Below, one piece after another: positions 23,898-36,406 of a stretch of 45,794 nt of DNA (the first letter of the stretch is position 1; every line of letters starts with the position of its first letter). Below the pieces are notes generated by a model that saw only the letters and a program-made list of their open reading frames with translations, did not search any database and was not told the origin of the DNA. This stretch comes from Rhizaria sp. SCN 62-66 (Eukaryota). A program made the translations under genes and the position numbers. The DNA is taken from positions 62,001-107,794 of the forward strand of contig MEDY01000049.1 of NCBI GenBank assembly GCA_001724265.1. The letters run 5' to 3'.

Positions 23898-26800
23898 AGC
23901 TTGCTGCTGCTGGAGCTGTTGTTGCTGCTGGGCTTGCTGCTGCATCGCGATGCTGTGGGTCAGCGCCTGCTGCTGCACCCAGGCCCAGTGCGCGGGGCTC
24001 GCGTACGTGTAGCCACGCGTTACTGGGTTATACACGTAGTACCCCACGAGCTGCGCCGGAACCGGTGCCGCGGTACTCGCGCCGTCAAGCGTTCCCGTTC
24101 CCGTCGCTGAACTAGCGGTGCCCGTGGCGTTCGTGGCGGAGGCCGGGAGGAAGGCCGGTGGGAGCGGACACCGCGCAGTGACCAAAGCACCGGTCTGGCC
24201 GTTGGAATACACGGGGTACGCCACCGTGGCGGCGGCGGCGGCGGCGGTGGCGGCGGCGGAAGCGGCCGAGGCGTCGCTGTCGCTGTGCTGCTGATGCTGC
24301 AGCTGCTGTTGCTGCTGAGAGCCGGAGTCAGCGTGGTTCACACCGAAGAACTGCGCGCGCGCCTGCGCGCGCGCCTGCGACAGCGCCATGGCCTGCGCGC
24401 GGGCCTGGCTTTGCGCCTGTGAGGTAGAAGAAGAAAACAAGGAGAGAAAACAAATGAAACAAGATATAGAGCGTATATAAGAGACCGCAAAGCCAATTAA
24501 ACATATTTCACAACAATCTTTGACCTGAGATCGAATGTTTTGTTTTCCGACTTCAACATACCTGAGGCCCGTAGTGCGTGGCCACGGCCCGCTGCAGGCG
24601 CAGCACGAGCCCGACGCCGCACAGCGCGAGCGCCTGCGACGACTGCGGCGCCGGCGTCGCGGAGCCGATGGCCCCCGCGTGGCTCGCCAGCGACGACTGC
24701 AGCAGCGCCGGCAGCGCGGGGCGCGGCACGGGGGAGAAGAAGCCCTCGAGAAAGGACATGAACTCGAACGGGGTCGTGAAGTCGGGCTTAGCCGCGGCGG
24801 CGGCGGCTGCGGCGGCCGCGGCGGCCTTGTCCGCGGCAGTCGCAGCCTTCGCAAGCGCGGCCGCCGATCCCACAGTTACTGCAGTTGTTCCAGCAGTCGT
24901 CGCAGTGATGGCCGTCTCGCCGTCGCCAGTCGAGGCGTCGGCAGCCGTCGATGTGCCAGCTGCGTTGGCAGTAGCTGCAGAGGACAGAGACGACGGCAAC
25001 AGCTCTGCCGACGCAGCGGCAGTGTCGACAGGTGACGCCAGAGCACTAGATCTGTTCACAGCAGCTTTGCTGTCACCCATCGTGCTCGTACCGGTACTGC
25101 TGGAAGTGGTGTTTTCACCGAGCGCCTCCGGAGGGAACCATAGTCCAGTGGCAGCATCGACGCCAGCCACAGCTCCAGTCACATTCACCGTCATCGCAGT
25201 CGCATGCGCTTGACTACTCGAGTTGACCGACTCATCGCTCATTGCAAGACCCGAACCAACACTCGCACTCGATGCGCTCGAGTAATTGTTGTGCGCGTTG
25301 GAGGCTGAGATAGCGGCAGACGTGGCGCCGAAAAGCGCAAGCAGCATGGCCCTGGCGTCGCGCGCGCCCCGCATCACCTGCGTGTAGCCCGCGTCGCTGC
25401 CTACCTCGCCCTCACCATCCCCCGCGGGCCCCGCCCCGCCCATAGTAGAGTTGTGACCGTGCGCCGCCGCCGCTGCCGCCGCCGCCGCGGAGGACGACGA
25501 GGCCGAGGGACGCTTTGAGGCTGCCCCACGCATCGCGCCCGCCGCGCCGCCGCCGCGGCCGCCGCGCGCGCCGCTGCCGTGGCCGCTGCCGTGGCCGTGG
25601 CCAGCGGTGAAACGGCCGCTGTAGCTGGACACGGCGGTGTGGTGCGGGTGGTGATGCGCGTATCCCCCGACGCCGCCGCTGCCACCGCCGCCGTGGCCGC
25701 CGCTGTGACCGATTCCCGCGATGCCGGCGCCGGCGCCAGCGGTATATGCCGAGTTGTGGTACACCCCGTGAGCGTACCCGTAGCTGCTGCTGAGACCGGC
25801 GCTCGCACTGCCGTGGGCCGAGCTACTGTGCGCGCTCGCGCCGTGGTGGTGGTATTTGTTCGCGGACGAGAGGTTGTAGAACACCGCCGGGTGCGCCGCG
25901 CCCGGCCGTCCCGCCGCCGTGGCCGAGGCCGCCGCCGCGGCCGCCGCGAAGGCCTGCGAGGCGCCGCAGCGCTGCCACAGCGTGCCGTGCGCCGAGCCCG
26001 TCGCCGGCCGCGGCGGCGCGGCGGCACCCGACAACAGCGGGCCAAACGCACCGCCGGACAGCGGCGCAATCGCATTAGCGCTCGCACTCGCGCTGAAGCT
26101 CGAGCTCGAGCTAGAGTTTGCACTCGAGCTCGCACTTGCGGTGACGTGTGATGCGTTGTTGTTGTTCGCAGTGGTGGCGGCAGTGTAGGCCTTGTGGGGC
26201 GCGTAGCCGGCCTGCCAGGGGTGCAGCGGACCGGGCGTCGCGGCGACCAAGGCGGCAGCAGCGGCGGCGGCGGCGGCGGCCCGGCTCCGGCGCGGCTGCG
26301 CTGGATTCACAGTCACCCCAGCAGCAGCGGCGGCGGGGGTTTGACTGAGGAGCGCGATGGGGCTCGGGCTCGCACCGCTGGCGCCGTCGCCGCCGCCCGG
26401 AGCGACTGGGGTGGCGCCGCCGCTGCTGGCCGGCGACAGCGACGGCACGGGTGGCGGCACAGATGCTGCCGTCGCGAGGCCGCCGTGCGTGCCGCTGCTG
26501 TTGTACGGCGGGAGCGCGATGGCCGCGATTACCGGGTTCACGGTCACCGGGGCCGCGAACACGCGCCGCGCAAACAGCCCGAGCGGCGGCGCGTTGCTGA
26601 CGCCGCCGCCGCCGCCGCCCTCTGCCCCCCCGGCGCCGGCGCCCGAGCTGTAGTAGGCGGCCGAGGAGGAGGAGGAGGAGGAGGACGAGGTGGAGGTGTA
26701 CGGCGACGGCGCGGGCGCGGGCAGGGGCGCGGTGGCGTACGCGGACTCGGCGACGAGCTTGCGCGCGGCCACGGCGACTTCGGGGGCGACGACGATGCAC

Positions 26801-27027
26801 ACAGGCTCAGGCACGCTCGGACTCGGACTCGCACTCGCGCTCGCACTGGTGGCGCTATCAGGCGCAGTCGCTGTAGAATCACTTGCAGTCGCAGAGTCTG
26901 CGGCGGAGTCTGAGGCTGAAGCTGAGGCAGAGACACCAGAGTCACCCGAGTCGCCTGCGATGTTGGCGGCGGGGCCACTGGCCGGCGACGGCTCAGCTGT
27001 CGCCGTCGTCGTCGTCGTCGTCGTCGC

Positions 27028-27062
<35 letters not shown>

Positions 27063-27709
27063 TGCTCTCACCGGCACCGGCACTCGCGACAGGACTTGCA
27101 GCAGTACTCGTACTCGTGACCACGGGTGCGCTGGAGAAAGACCCGCCGTGGAGAGCGATGTACTGTGCCGCGCCGGCGGGCTGCGGGCCGGCGGCGACGA
27201 GCGCCACGCCGGCCTCCTCGGCTGCGGCGCGGGGCAAGCCGCGCAGCGCCGCGAGCGAGGGCGGCACGGTACCCGGACAGCGCGCGACCTCCTCGAGCGC
27301 CTGCAGCAAGTACGCGGCGCGCGCGCGGGCGAGGGCGCCAATAGCATCGAGCTCGCTGCCGAGAGTTGTGAGCGACTGCGAAGAGCCGTGCGAGGCCGAG
27401 GGGGCAAGGTGCGCGCCCCAGTGCTTGCCGCCCTTGTGCGCAATGGCCAAAAAACTGCGCAAGACGGCGCAGCGCGTGAGAAGATCGTGGTGGCAAATAA
27501 AAGCGAACATAGGCGAACAGGAGGAGGTTACAGCGAGGTGTTCAGAGTGAGAAGGGCAGGCGTGAGGAGACGTATGGCGGGGGTTAACAAGCGATTTAAG
27601 ATGTAAAATCGAAATATTATATACGCCATGTCGCCATGCTAAGAACGTACGTGGGGAAGTCGTCAGGAGCCGCGCCAGGGCCGGCGGCAGCGCCGGCGTT
27701 TACCGACAT
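20091..27709 (-). CDS. Ada3/TADA3-like SAGA/ATAC HAT-module subunit, greatly expanded by low-complexity inserts (about 2425 aa)
   Basis: Exons 27709-27651, 27454-24562, 24416-20091 (donors GTACGT, GTATGT) splice in frame. Ada3-like islands: TPFEFMSFLEGFFSPV, SLSQRLLSALVE, SLEDRAILELRSAGLL, DDAVSHAVRMLQEEL. Ends in TGA. Confidence 0.6.
23863..23897 (-). repeat. (CAG)n tract encoding polyQ in the Ada3-like gene
   Basis: Run of tgc/ctg trinucleotides on the + strand; encodes a poly-Gln tract on the - strand. Confidence 0.9.
27004..27064 (-). repeat. Adjacent trinucleotide tracts encoding poly-Ser and poly-Thr
   Basis: (gtc)n followed by (ctg)n on the + strand, matching SSSSSSSSSSATTTTTTT in ORF 24553..27510. 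Confidence 0.85.
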
Positions 27710-28537
27710 GTGACTTGTGGGCGCGGGGGTGTCCCGATACGAGCAGGGCGGACGACTGTTGCGGGCGATAAACGCGTGCTCCGTGAATAAACTCTCTTGA
27801 AACTAAGCCGAAGAATAGTACGATATATGTTAGTGAAGAACTGGTGTTGAAGGCATCTGAAGAGAGCGCGGGCAGCAGTTCGGAGTAGAGATTCGTTGTT
27901 GCGTCGGTGCTCCTCTGGTGGCAACGCGCCAGCAGGATTATTCATCATATTAACGTCTGTGAACCCACATAGAATTAACACATATTATACACAACTATGC
28001 GTGCTTTACGCACTATTAAAATAATTCGAGATACTCAGACGTTTCCACGCACAGTTCAATTCAGCAGAGGCTTGCTCGATTCGACCGCAACGGAGCACCT
28101 GCTGACCGGCGGATCTTCGGAGTAATCATGTTTAGTCAACAATTTGAGCTCTACGTCTTGACAACGAGCACTTGTGCATAAGCTATGCAACATATGATAT
28201 TTCAAAACGTGATGTATTGAATACAACTCGAATTTTCACTCTTAGCACTTATATATTTTCATTGTTCACGTCTTTCGTGTTTGCGTCACATCGTCACAGT
28301 TACTCATCCGGACAACCTTTAATGCACACACCACACAAACACATTTTCTGTACATCTATATTTTCACGGTTAATACTTACATCAACACAAATGGCGTGTA
28401 AAGTGCATCAAACTCGCGCCCATGTGCGAATATTGCACTCTGACATCCATTCCAAAAAGTTTGCACACTTTAAGTTCCCAAAAGACCAGCGGGTACGGTC
28501 GCTAACTGCTTTCGCTGCAAGCGCTTACTTGCATGAC

Positions 28538-29514
28538 TTACTTGCCGCCGCAGCAGTCGCCGCACTTCTCGAGTTTGCTCATGTCGGTGCCCGAGGGCGC
28601 CTGGCCGAAGAAGCGCAATGAGTTGACCTTGGTTTTGTCGGTCCCGTTCTGGTTGCTGGCCACGAACACGGTCACATTGAGCGTGTTGGCGAAGGGAAGC
28701 GGCTTGAGCTCGATCGCCTTACCGGCAAGGTGCTCGGGGGTCAGCTCGAACACTTGCGCTATGAGAGACAACACGTAAATCACAACAAAGCAAAACAATA
28801 CAAGACAAGTAACAGTGTGAGGTTGAGTGTCGATCGATACGCAATGAAGCGGTTTGGCATAGCAACGACGTGATTATGACACATAGGTGTATATTTAGTC
28901 ATTTTACGCTGTTTCGCTGTAGAATATCGAATATGTGGACGTACCGGGCTTGATGGTGTCGACGTCGTCGAACGACATGTTGGGCTGGTTAACGTAGACA
29001 CGCACCTCCTTGGGCCCGCTGGCCTCGGCAGAGGGCTCCAGAGAGACGATGCGGAGGCCGCGGAGACGCACGTGAGAGGTGAAGGGAACCGTGAGCAGAA
29101 GCTGCTCGTCGGAGTCGGACTCGAGGGCGGCTGTGCGGGGGCGCAAGGGGGCGAAGCAAAGGCGATTGCAGCAGAGCAGGAGGATTCGTTAGGTATAAGA
29201 AGGCGTATAGAGGAAAGTCGAGGTATCGCAGCTAAATTGAGGTGAGATAGCACACGACTCGGCAAACCTAGAAATACACAGGTAGTATATAAGATGACAC
29301 AGCAAACTCGCTCTGTGGTGTCACTGTGGCGAGATATGGTCCATCTTGACGCGAATGATGAAGCTTGCGAGTCGTTTGTGGCTGACGTACCAATGCCGTT
29401 GCCGGTGAGGATGCTGTTGACATCGGCGTCGGCAGGGATGTTGAGGGCGTGGGCCTTGTTGGGGGTGATCTTGTCCTCAAGATCGACCACGTTCGTGGCG
29501 CTCAGCGCGGACAT
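28538..29514 (-). CDS. PITH-domain (proteasome-interacting thioredoxin-like) protein, 176 aa
   Basis: Exons 29514-29391, 29130-28945, 28758-28538 (both donors GTACGT). Motifs LESDSDEQLLLTVPF, GPKEVRVYVNQPNMSFDD, IELKPLPFANTLNVTVFVASNQ..TKVNSLRFFG. Ends in TAA. Confidence 0.9.
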
Positions 29515-29877
29515 GCGGGACGAAACGGGGGTCTGTGGCACGGAGTGGGAGCAGGGGCAACGTTCGAGAACGGGGATGATAAGCGGAATTGTCATTGAGC
29601 GACACAGAAACTGAATTTAGATGCATAATTAATAGACATTACAATTAACCATAGTTTATATATCGGTGCAATACCTGACGCCGATTTGTCGATGGAAATG
29701 CGTTCAACTTTGTCAGATATCATCTGCTCAACAATCGGGTCAGCCACGCAGAGCACCCCATGCCTCTTTTCAATCTCCCGCCACAGCGTCACACATCAGA
29801 CTTTCAACGCATATCTTCGCTCAAACTTTGATAACACATGCTTTCAACTTAATTTGCGTTCCTTTCGCACCCCAGAT

Positions 29878-31610
29878 ATGCTTGCCACGCGGTCATTCGC
29901 GCGGACTTTTAAGGCCGTCGTGCCCCGCTCGAGCGCCGCCGCCGCTGCGCTCTTCTCTTCCGCGGCCTCCGCGGGCGGCAAGGGCGACTACAAGGTCACC
30001 CAGATCGTCTACTCCAAGAACGGTCCCCCCGCAGAGACCCTCGAGTACGTGCACTCACAAGCACTTGCATCACGGTCGCGATATCGCACCAACACTCCAA
30101 CTCGTCAACTCACGTGATCTTTCCATCTTTTTCTTCTCGCTTTCCGCCGTCCCTTTCCCACTCCGCCCCGCAGACTCGCTACCGCGACCGTCTCGAGCCC
30201 CGGCGCGTCCCTGGCACCGCGGTCTGTGTTTGTGCGCCAGATCTGCGCGCCTATGAACCCCGCCGACTTTAACCTCGTGGAGGGCACCTACGGCGTCAAG
30301 GCCCCGCTGCCCGCGATCGGCGGTAACGAGGGCCTGTTTGTCGTCGAGGCCGCGGGCGCCGAGTCCTCGCTCGCACCCGGCGACTGGGTTATCCCCACGG
30401 TGCCTAACCTCGGCACGTGGCGCTCGCACGCTGTGCTGGAGGATTTCGCGCTGTGCAAGATGCCCCAGACTGTGTCCGCCGAGGCCATCGCCACGCTCTC
30501 CGTCAACCCCTGCACTGGTACGCTCAAATCACTTGATAACAACTGTATACTTGTCGAGATATTAATTTGATTGATGCTATACCGTACACTTCAATTGATA
30601 TGAGTTCATCTAAGGTCCTTACTGTTCTTATTCTTTTCATGCTGCGCATTTGCAACCAACCCACTCGATTCATATTTTTTTTTCTCATTTATTTGTCTCT
30701 TCTATTTTGGTTTTTGTTATTTTCATCATTTAGCGTACCGCATGCTGTGCGACTTCGTTTCCCTGAAGCCCGGCGACGTGGTGCTCCAAAACGGCGCCAC
30801 CTCTGGGGTTGGCAAGGCCGTGATCCAGATCGCCAAGGCCCTGGGCGTCAAGACCATCAACATCGTCCGCGACCGGCCCGACGTCGCGCAGACGCGGCTC
30901 GACCTCATGTGCCTGGGCGCCGACGTCGTGGTGACCGAGTCCGCGCTGCGCAACAAGGAAGAGATGAAGGGCGCGCTCGCCGCCGCCGGCATCGACAAGA
31001 AGCCGCGCCTCGCGCTCAACTGCGTTGGCGGGCCCCTGGTCGGCGATATGGTGCGCCACCTCGACGCCAAGGCCACCGTGGTCACCTACGGCGGCATGAG
31101 CAAGAAGCCCATCACGCTCGGCACTGGTACGTTTCATAATAATGTTTTATTTCGATGATATATACGAACTCAATTCACGTGATATATGTGTGTTTGCTAT
31201 GGAGTTGATTTGTTCTTTTAGATTCTCATTATTTCACAATCTTTCATTGAGATATATGATTCGTTTCGTAATCGTTATGTGACAGGCATTTGAACGCAAC
31301 ATAAATCTCTGACATTGCTTTTATGATGACTCGCTTCTTCATTTCGTCTTTTTCAGGTCCGTTCATCTTCAGCGACCTCTCGCTGCGCGGCTTCTGGATG
31401 ACCCAGTGGAACGCGGAGCACGCGCCGTCCGACCCCAAGCGCATGTCGATGCTGTCTGCGCTCATCCAGCTTATCGAGAAGGGCCAGCTCAAGACCGACA
31501 CTGTGACCGTCGAGGTCGCCTCGCAGGCCGACGTTGTTAAGGCCGTCGAGATGGCCGGTGCGAGCCACAAGACCTCGAAGGTCCTCATCAAGTTCCCCAA
31601 GCAGGCGTAA
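29878..31610 (+). CDS. MECR: Mitochondrial trans-2-enoyl-ACP/CoA reductase (MDR family), 385 aa
   Basis: Exons 29878-30044, 30174-30517, 30734-31126, 31357-31610. Motifs APMNPADFNLVEGTYG, GGNEG, GTWRSH, ATLSVNPCTAYRML, QNGATSGVG, LALNCVGG, VTYGGMSK, FIFSDLSLRGFW. Presequence MLATRSFARTFK. Ends in TAA. Confidence 0.95.
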
Positions 31611-32015
31611 AATGCTTAGCGCAACGACTCGTTGGGACGGGGAGTAACAACTAACTTACACAGCACAGTTTTACAGTGCATGTCAAGAATCGATGGCTGG
31701 GGGTTTTTCTTGCATGGAAAACATTTAATTGGTTAAATATTACGCTTATATACTCGAAGGCAAATAAAATACTTCTCATTTAAGATAAATTATCGGCGTT
31801 GATATGCCCATGCGAACGTGTTTGGTTGTGTTGAGATTGTTTGTGTATTCTTTTGTGTTCAATCTTTGATTGTGTCAGCCACAATTGCGTGGACATTTGT
31901 GCAAATATAAAGCTAAGTAAGATATAAACGTGGTATCAAAGTCACATTTTGACTGGAACCACTTTTAGGATATTGATGTAAGAGACCACGTCGCTCAGAC
32001 CCTTGGACAGCGTCT

Positions 32016-33455
32016 TTAGAAGAGGCCCTCACCAGCGGGCGCGATGAGCAGGTCCAGCACAGGTAGGCCGTTGGGCACTGCACAGAGCTTCGCCAACAGG
32101 CTACACAAAACAGAAGCAGCAAAACAAGATACAAAAGCATAAAGGACAGACATAACATAGTGAGCGCTATAGTCAATGACTAGAATGAACATAATCAAGA
32201 ATTGACATAATCACCAAATTGTGCAGAATATGTGTAATATGTCCACAAAGAACGTACCCTGTGAGCTGGAGCAGCGAGTCGCAGCCGTCGGCGACGCGCA
32301 TGTGCGTCATACCGATCTCCTTGATGAAGCCGAGCTTCTGCGCGTCTGGCAGTGGCGCGGCCTTGCAGACCTGGAACAGCGACGAGGCGAGATCCACGGC
32401 CGCGTAGCCCTGCACCCAGAGCGTCTCCAGGGACGTGATCGCGGAGTGGAGCTTGCCGGACGCGCAGTCGGACAGAATCGACTGTGGAGAAGCAAAAACA
32501 AAGGGAAGAAAAGAACAGATTCACAAATTAGTTGTTAAAACCACAATAAACATAAAACACTCTAAAATTGAAGAGGCCCTCTAAAGAAACATTGTTTACG
32601 TCGAAACATAAAGCTATTATTCATGAGGCCATGTTATCGTTGAGATATAAGGTCGTGAGTAGTCCGTACTTGGATGACGAGAGGGTGGGGCTGGTCGACG
32701 ACCTTAAGCACGTTCTCTGCCGTCACGGCGCCCGTGCCCGCAAGCGTGGCCTGTAGGTTATTAAGCGCCTGGCGCATGTCGCCCTGCGCAGTGTACACAA
32801 TCGTCTCGAGCCCTGCGTCGTCGTACGCGGAGACGTTCTCGTGGTCGAGCACTTCTTTGACGCGGCGCACGATGTGAGCGTCGCCGAGACGCGTGTAGCG
32901 CACGATCGCACAACGTGACTGGATCGGCTCGATGATCTTGGAGCTGACGTTGCACGCAAGCGCAAAGCGCGTGGTCTTGGAGTAGATCTCCATGGTGCGA
33001 CGCAGCGCCTGTTGCGCGCCTTTTGTCATCGAGTCCGCCTCGTCGAGAATGATGATCTTGTGGCGCGAGGGCGGGAGGTTGACCTTCTTCTGCGCGAAGG
33101 CTTTGATGCGGTTGCGCACGACGTCAATGCCGCGCGAGTCGGAGGCGTTGAGCTCCAGCACGGCCTCTTTGCACTCGCTGCCGAGCAGCTCGCGCGCGAG
33201 ACAGAGGATCGAGGTAGTCTTGCCAGTGCCGGGCGGGCCGGAGAGAATGAGGTTCGGCAGGTTGCCTTGTTTAGCGATGATGCGAAGGCGCGAGACGGCC
33301 TCCTCGTTGCCCACGACGTCGTTAAGCAAGCGGGGGCGGTACTTTTCAACCCAAGGGAGCGAGGAAGTCTGATCTGTCGTCACCGCGGAGGCGGAGGCAG
33401 AGGAGGCGGAGGCCGTGGACGAGAGGACAGCGTCCTCGTCGGTCATCGCGGACAT
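32016..33455 (-). CDS. RFC2: Replication factor C small subunit (human RFC2 / yeast Rfc4), 364 aa
   Basis: Exons 33455-32670, 32481-32258, 32100-32016. Motifs PWVEKYRP, Walker [42 protein letters not shown], and C-terminal [27 protein letters not shown]. Ends in TAA. Confidence 0.97.
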
Positions 33456-33772
33456 ACCGGCTGCTATTGAAGAAGGGCCGTAAAACAATTTTGTTGGAAG
33501 GGAGAATATTATGAAACAAAATCTGGGTGTAGAGATCAGACGTGTTTACGGAACTTCGAGGTCATAATATTGTGAACAAGATTGGCGTCGACAAGGCGCC
33601 AACTCGCGAAGCCAGACTCGCCCGCCACCACATCTTCTCAGTAACATCGTCAAGTCAGTCGCATATACTGCATTTAGATGTGAGGCGTGGAGTTTGAGGT
33701 TTATCTCACGATTAAATATTGTCTAACAAATTATTTTCTTCTTGAATGCAATCTTAGGACCACGACAACCTG
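33456..33772. promoter_or_regulatory. Probable bidirectional promoter between RFC2 and XPA
   Basis: 317-bp gap between divergent start codons; inferred from gene geometry only. Confidence 0.45.
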
Positions 33773-35711
33773 ATGTCTGGGCTCGGGTCCTCATGCGACT
33801 ACGATGACCGCGACGACTGCGTGCCCGACGACGACCTGGACGCGTCCTACTTCGAACAGAGCGCCACAGACTTTGCCGCCGAGGAAGCCGCATGGAACGC
33901 CGCAAACACGTTCACCACAACACCCAATAACAGTCACCCTAGCGCAGTCGCAGTCATGAATCTCTCTTCCGCCGTGAGCAGCAACACCTCTACTCATAGC
34001 AACAGTCTCTCAACTACCGCTGTCGCGCCGTCCCTGGCATCCGCACTCGCCGCGACTATTGCGCACGCGTCTTTGTGGCGTTGCGTTGTCTGCGGCTGCG
34101 GGTTAGCGCATCCCAACGACGCTGCCGCGCGCAAAGCCGTCGCCGCCGCGTCGAGCGGCAACGCTTCCCTCAACGTCTTCCTCCCGACCTTCTACCGCGC
34201 GTTCCGCGTCTGCCTCTGCTTCGCCTGCTCGTCCCGCGCCTTTGACACCGCCGCGGCGGCCGCACAGGCTCTGTTGGTGCTGCCGCCGCCGACCCCCGCG
34301 GCTGCGGCGCGCGCAATCGCAGACTCGCACGCATTCGCCGCCGCCGCGGCTCGCTCCGAGCTGCTCAGCACCACCGCGCCCGCGGCGCCCGCCGCGCCCG
34401 GGTGGAGCGGGAGCCACAACGCGGGCGGCACGGCCGTGAGCATGGGCGCCCGCGGCTCGGCCTCGGCGCCGCTGCCCGCGCCGCTGCCGCCGGTGCCGCC
34501 GCCGCCGCCTCCCGCTGCGCTCGCAGCCGCGGTCGCGGTCGCTGCAAACAGCAGCAAGACAACAACTGCCCTGAGTAGCGCGTCAAGCGATGACGGCGCT
34601 GTTGTTGTAGCGGGCGTCGTGGTGCCCGCGCTAGTTCCGCTGCCGTATATCACCGACGACGAGGCCTTCCACGTCGCGCCGTGGGCATTGTCGGCGCGCT
34701 CCACGCTCAAAAACACATTTTTGCTCACCGACGACGATTTCTTTGGTCTCGCGTTCATCTCTAAGCCGAACCCGACGCACCCAACGTGGGCGCCGATGCG
34801 GCTTTACTTGACGGCACAGGCGGCGCTGCTGGCGCTACGTCGGCACGGCAGCGCGGCGGGCATGCGCGCAGAGGCGCAGAAGCGGGCGCTGGCGCGGCTG
34901 CAGCGGCGCACGGATGCCGCGATGGCCGCCGCCGACGCCGAGGCTGACACCGACGATGGCGGCGATGACGCCGCCGCGGCTGCTGCTGATGATGGCGGTG
35001 CGAGTGGTGTGGGGGGAAAGGCAGCTGATGGCGGCGGGCTGGGGCAGTTCATTAAGAAGAAACAAAAGGCTGCTGCGAAGGCTGAGGCCAAGGCAGCTGC
35101 TAAAGGCGTCACCAAGACTGTTGAAAAAACTGATGTGGAGACTGGAGATGCTTATCATGATAGTGAAGGTTCTGGCGACACGGATGTCGGCTTTGTTGCG
35201 AAACGTAGCCGCAAGACCACAGACAGTCAGTCAACAACAGTGAGCCTTCGAGATGACGACGGCGATGACGACGTTGTTGCTGTCGATGAGGATGCTGATG
35301 CGACTGACAGCAAGGGCAAGATCAAAGGTAAAGCTGTCAAGGGCAAATGCAAAGGCAATGCGACTGCTGCTGCGGAGATTAAACCGAAGACGAGGGTCAC
35401 GAAAGCAAAGGGAGGGAAAGGTACAGACTCCGCTGCTGCGAAAGCTGGAGCTCAGCAGTCCGCATCCGCGGCCGCATTTGCGCAGTGCGTGGCGCAAGGC
35501 CACCAGTACGAGGCTGTTGCTGGTAAATCTGGTACGTCAAGACTACCACGCTCACTATTCTTTATACGATGACGTTAATATCACATTTAATATATCATTA
35601 AATAACCTCTTATTATTCTTTGACTCATTAAACCGTATTCATTTATCATATTTTGTAGTTGAGCGCTGTGTGCGCTGCGGTGCAGAGAGTGAATTTGAAG
35701 AGTTCTTTTAA
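33773..35711 (+). CDS. XPA: XPA/Rad14 nucleotide-excision-repair protein, 603 aa
   Basis: Exons 33773-35531 and 35659-35711. Zn-finger CVVC...FRVCLCFAC; XPA core LKNTFLLTDDDFFGLAFISKPNPTHPTWAPMRLYL...ALRRHGS; C-terminal HQY...RCVRCGAESEFEEFF. Ends in TAA. Confidence 0.88.
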
Positions 35712-36406
35712 TGCATCATAGGAGATGCTTCTTGATGCGCCAAACATTGTTCTTTTTCAATTCAAAGCTTGACGACGTAATGGTCAGGTTACATGTTTCA
35801 ATGCGTCGACAATCAACATCCGAGTTTATTTATTTAGAAATGTGATTTATAAAGCGAAACATATCAGTACATACACGTGAGCACATCATGCAGTTTTGTC
35901 ATTCGTCAACAGTTACCTGACATGTCGAATCGTTGCTATCCATCTGTCGCGTCGCAACCTGTGTTCATCATCATCACGACTCCAAGCTATGATGAATTTC
36001 CGAGCTGAGCGCTGGAAAAGGCATGTGTTCAGATGCAGCGTGTTATGGCTCACGGAGCTAAGCAGCGGCGTTAATTTCAATAAGATTGTTAATAACGGAC
36101 TCAGCCGCCAGAGTTGTTTGATTTGCTGAGCTGAGGCCGTGGATGATATTGTGCGTTGGCGCATCACAAGTCAGCCAACGCTCCCTCAGTTGAGCAGTTC
36201 CATTGAGAATTACCACAACTACCTCACAATTCTTCTTCTTTCTAGCATCAAGTTGGCGCAACTTTACGTGAACTTTTTTGTGGCCTGTACTTTCCAAGAT
36301 GGGGAGATTAGAATTTAAGGAGATATATGAAGTTTACATGTACGGATACCAATGAATATGCTCAATTATGCTCTATATCGAAGACTGTATTGAGGGGAAA
36401 TACAAA

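Noticed and set aside
27700-27981. 93-aa ORF as the start of the Ada3-like gene
   Set aside because: It is out of frame with the ATG at 27709, whose exon splices cleanly via GTACGT. It is probably 5' UTR or promoter.
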